Positions 61,177 to 64,000 of a stretch of DNA of 64,000 nt are shown here, piece by piece. Origin of the DNA: Klebsormidium nitens (taxonomy: Eukaryota > Plantae > Klebsormidiophyceae); NCBI GenBank assembly GCA_000708835.1, contig DF237217.1, positions 1 to 64,000 on the forward strand, in the 5' to 3' direction. The notes below the pieces were generated by a model. The model saw only the letters and a program-made list of their open reading frames with translations, had not been told where the DNA came from and ran no database searches. Every line of letters begins with the position of its first letter. The stretch's first letter is position 1. The position numbers and the translations under genes were made by a program.

Positions 61177-61638
61177 TCATTCTTCTTCCAAGCCCCGTGA
61201 TTCTCCTGGTCTCTTGATGACAATCTGACAAATGGATGTAACATTTAGAGAAGGAGCCATCTTGCTGCAGTCTGCAGAGTCCGCAATGATTGCTATTGTG
61301 AAACCCCATGGCCCGCGGCCGCCCCTGCCTCGGTTGATACGATAGACTCTTGCTGGCAACCCCAGACCCGCACGAACAGGCTCGAAAACTCCGTGGTGCT
61401 TATCACCGCGTCCAATGAAGCCGAGTGGCATACTGCAATCGGCCGAGTGGAAGATGGCAATTGCATATGAGTCGAAGCCGTTTCCCAAATGCTTCAGGAG
61501 CACGAGCTCTTGGCCGACCCTCAAATTACGAACTGCATCCTGTCTATTGTTGAAGGTCACTCTAACCGCTCGGCATAGCGTGTGGCCATCGGGGAGCTGC
61601 TCCATTGCAAGGTCGAGAGATGACGTTCTTTGGTCCAA
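61177..61638 (-). CDS. Stand-alone HIRAN-domain protein
   Basis: VRVTFNNRQDAVRNLRVGQELVLLKHLGNGFDSYAIAIF......LGFIGR fits the HIRAN pattern (L..G..L.L.+E..N..D..A+.V.....+G++). Confidence 0.72.
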   Translation of the reverse strand: MDQRTSSLDLAMEQLPDGHTLCRAVRVTFNNRQDAVRNLRVGQELVLLKHLGNGFDSYAIAIFHSADCSMPLGFIGRGDKHHGVFEPVRAGLGLPARVYRINRGRGGRGPWGFTIAIIADSADCSKMAPSLNVTSICQIVIKRPGESRGLEEE

Positions 61639-61689
61639 GCGTTGGCCCTAAGTGTATAAGCGTCGATAAAACCGTTAAACTAATGGCAC

Positions 61690-62210
61690 GAAGGTGTTTG
61701 AGTCTCCGAGTTAGGCTCACATACCTTTTTGGGTCGAGCGGCATGCTTGATGACATTAGCAGCCATGCCAACAATATTGCACCATAATGAATGGTACAAA
61801 GGTGTCCGAGTGTCCGAGTTTCTCACGTACCTTTTTGGGTCGACCATGCTTGATGACGTCAGCAGCCATGCCAGCAATATTGCATCGTAAAGAATGGTAC
61901 AAAGGTGTGTCCGAGTTTCTCACGTACCTTTTTGGGTCGACCATGCTTGATGACGTCAGCAGCCATGCCGCCAACGATCCATTGTAATTGACGGTGCAAA
62001 GGTGTCCGAGCGTCCGAGGTTTTTACGTACCTTTTGAGAGCGACCCCCTTGATGACGTCAGCAGCCATGCCGCCAATGATCGTTGTAATCCATGGCGCGA
62101 AGGTGTCCGAGCGTCCGAGTTTCTCACATACCTTTTTGAGTCGAGCATGCTTGATGACGTCAGCGTCCATTCCCCCAACCCTTCCACAATGATTGACGGC
62201 GCGAAGGTTT
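61690..62210 (+). repeat. Tandem array of five ~100-110-bp units, most containing TGACGTCA
   Basis: Units begin aaggtgt at ~61690, 61799, 61901, 61999 and 62100. TGACGTCA occurs at about 61854, 61951, 62053 and 62155. Confidence 0.9.
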
Positions 62211-62693
62211 AATTTGGCAAGGCTCCTGGCTCGGTTGACGATAAGCCGCAGTTCAATTTGCAACCGTAGGCCTGGCCTATGGCTGTTAAAAGTAGTGCAA
62301 CTATGCTACTCGAGTTTTAGACCAAGACTTTGACATGGGGCATCAGCCATTCCATTCCACTCGAAAAACATGGGGTTGTACACGAGGTTTACAACCATGA
62401 TGTGTGGTATTGTAGACCTACTAATTTGACATTACGTGCAAATCCAATTGGCTAAAGCAAAGAGTCTTTGAGAGTTGTCAATGTACATTGGTACATCCGC
62501 AGGGTTGGTAAGGTTCTTCCCAAAGGCATACAAAATAAATACCAAAGTGAGGGTGTTACTACAAGTCACACCTAGGGCATCTAAGCTTTCTCTAAAAAGG
62601 AGGGCAATATGTACATCTCAGAACCTGTGCTCTACCAATTCAAGCAAGGCCAAAAGAAAGACGGTAATTGGCTCTAAGGGCGGGCGCAGATCG

Positions 62694-63547
62694 TCAATCA
62701 TACTCGCACTTGAAGCCTACGTAGCATGAGCTCCGCTGGGATGACCCGTCATAACGGCCGGCTCGCTTCGTTCTCGCCAAACCCTTCTCTCGCATCTGCC
62801 TAGCCAACTCCTCCTTGGCAATCTTGACCCCCGTGAATCTCTGGAACTGCGTCCAGAACTCGTCCTCCCATGTGACGGTCTTGGCATTGTCGGGCGTCTC
62901 CGGCAGGTCGTGCACGCAGTGCTCCGACTGCAGGAAGATCTGCAGCTTGTCTCCGCGCCCCAGCCATGCCATCGAGGCCGCCTGGACGGCCGGCGGATGC
63001 GTGCGCAAGACCGTGGGGTCCTCGTACCAGGCCCGACTTCCCTGGACGAGGAACGTAAGGAACTCCTCGCGGACCGCCTGACTCTCCATCCGGTCCTTCA
63101 ACCCAATGTCCACGTGCCTGTGGTTTGGGTTGGTCTCGTCAAACTTGTTCTCGGTCACGTACTCGTTTGGGAAGCGGACCACGATGAGGCGGCGGTCGAT
63201 GTTTGGCTGCTTGGCTAGGGTCGGGGGGATTTCGGGGTCGTAGTTGGTCTGGATGAAGGGCGTGTGGGTGAAGCGGAAGGAGACGTTGTTTTGGTAGAGG
63301 AGCCGGGAGGAGACCTTGCCCCCGCCGGTCATCATGAGCACGTTCCCTAGGTCAACGCGCTCGCCCGGGCTCGTCTCGTCCGTCACGGCCACCCGCTTCC
63401 CCTGGAGCTCGGCGAGGTAGCCCGTGGCGGCGCCCTTGGACGGCGGGTGTTGTCCGGGGGCCTTGACCACGGCGTCCTTGGACATGACGCCGTAGTAATC
63501 GCCCAGCGTGGTCTCCAGCATCTGCTTGCATACTCCTTTGCCATTCC
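62694..63547 (-). CDS. Last exon of a second, divergent D5-like SF3 helicase; upstream exons not in window
   Basis: G|GNGKG Walker A, RVAVTDET Walker B, FIQTNY, NIDRRL. Preceded by branch-point-like gctcac, a pyrimidine tract and CAG (63548-50), splitting Walker A in phase 1. Confidence 0.8.
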
Positions 63548-63728
63548 CTGCACGAGAAAGGGGATGAAAAGCACGTGAGCGGGCATCTGAAATGGAGCTA
63601 GAGGATTCGTGATGGACAAACAAATGAAAGCAAAATGGGCGTGATCATTTATCCCAGCACATCATCGGTCAAGGATGGTTGGTGACATCATTCTAGAGCA
63701 ACGAAAGGAAGGCGAGTGCTCAACAAAT

Positions 63729-64000
63729 TGGGACACTCGAAACGTTCGCGCCACCAATCACAGTGGACTATTGGTGGAATGGCTGCTGACTCATAAAGGG
63801 GGTCGACCTCAAAACTTTCGTCCAAAACTCGGACACTTGGACACCTTCGCGCCATCAATTACACTCGAAAAGTGCAGGGAATGGCTGCTGACGTCATCAA
63901 GGGGGTCGACCTCAAAATTTTCGTAAAAAACTCGGACACTTGGACACCTTTGCGCCATCAATTACGAGCGAAAAGTGCAGGGGTTGGCTGCTAACGTCAT
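63729..64000 (-). repeat. Inverted copies of the ~100-bp TGACGTCA unit, continuing past the window end
   Basis: The reverse complement reads aaaggtgtccaagtgtccgag...gtcgacc.ccttgatgacgtcagcagccat, the same unit as 61690-62210. Confidence 0.88.

Larger units (their letters stand above)
55510..61640. mobile_element. Virus-like (Polinton-like virus/NCLDV-related) replication-integration module; boundaries not defined
   Basis: Compact, apparently intronless ORFs: Prim-Pol/D5 primase-helicase, small Cys-rich ORF, tyrosine recombinase, unknown ORF, HIRAN protein. The density contrasts with the intron-rich host genes. Confidence 0.65.

Noticed and set aside
61690-62210. CRISPR array or repeat-protein ORFs (several 60-130 aa ORFs on both strands)
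   Set aside because: Whole units are similar with no unique spacers, and indels shift frames between units, so the ORFs are by-products of the repeat.
55510-64000. Complete Polinton-like virus or giant-virus insertion
   Set aside because: No capsid, packaging ATPase, protease or polymerase B motif was recognised in the visible sequence, and no terminal repeats bounding the module were found.

Overview
Eukaryotic, intron-rich genomic DNA with GC-rich exons. The mix of an outer-arm dynein chain, plant-type Nup35 and a plastid-targeted peptidoglycan-binding protein points to a streptophyte green alga such as Klebsormidium (inference). Bases 1-42.8 kb hold seven spliced host genes: a ~1,200-aa unknown protein, dynein intermediate chain IC78/DNAI1, NUP35, a PGBD membrane protein, SURF2, a 62-aa microprotein and PAK1IP1/MAK11. 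The dynein introns are filled with decaying copies of their own exon boundaries. From ~43 kb the window is a nested mobile-element island. A dead SWIM/KDZ transposase gene is split by a 7.2-kb element (44663-51870) with CAC...GTG termini, 17-bp TIRs and a 2-bp TSD. That element encodes an apparently intact transposase with RAG1-like catalytic and zinc-ligand spacing plus a convergent second gene, and is the best candidate for an undescribed system. Next comes a virus-like module with no capsid gene visible (Prim-Pol/D5 primase-helicase, iteron-like repeats, tyrosine recombinase, HIRAN), then inverted TGACGTCA-containing arrays around the last exon of a second, apparently spliced D5 helicase. 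Two assembly gaps limit some calls. All family calls come from motif recognition, not database searches.
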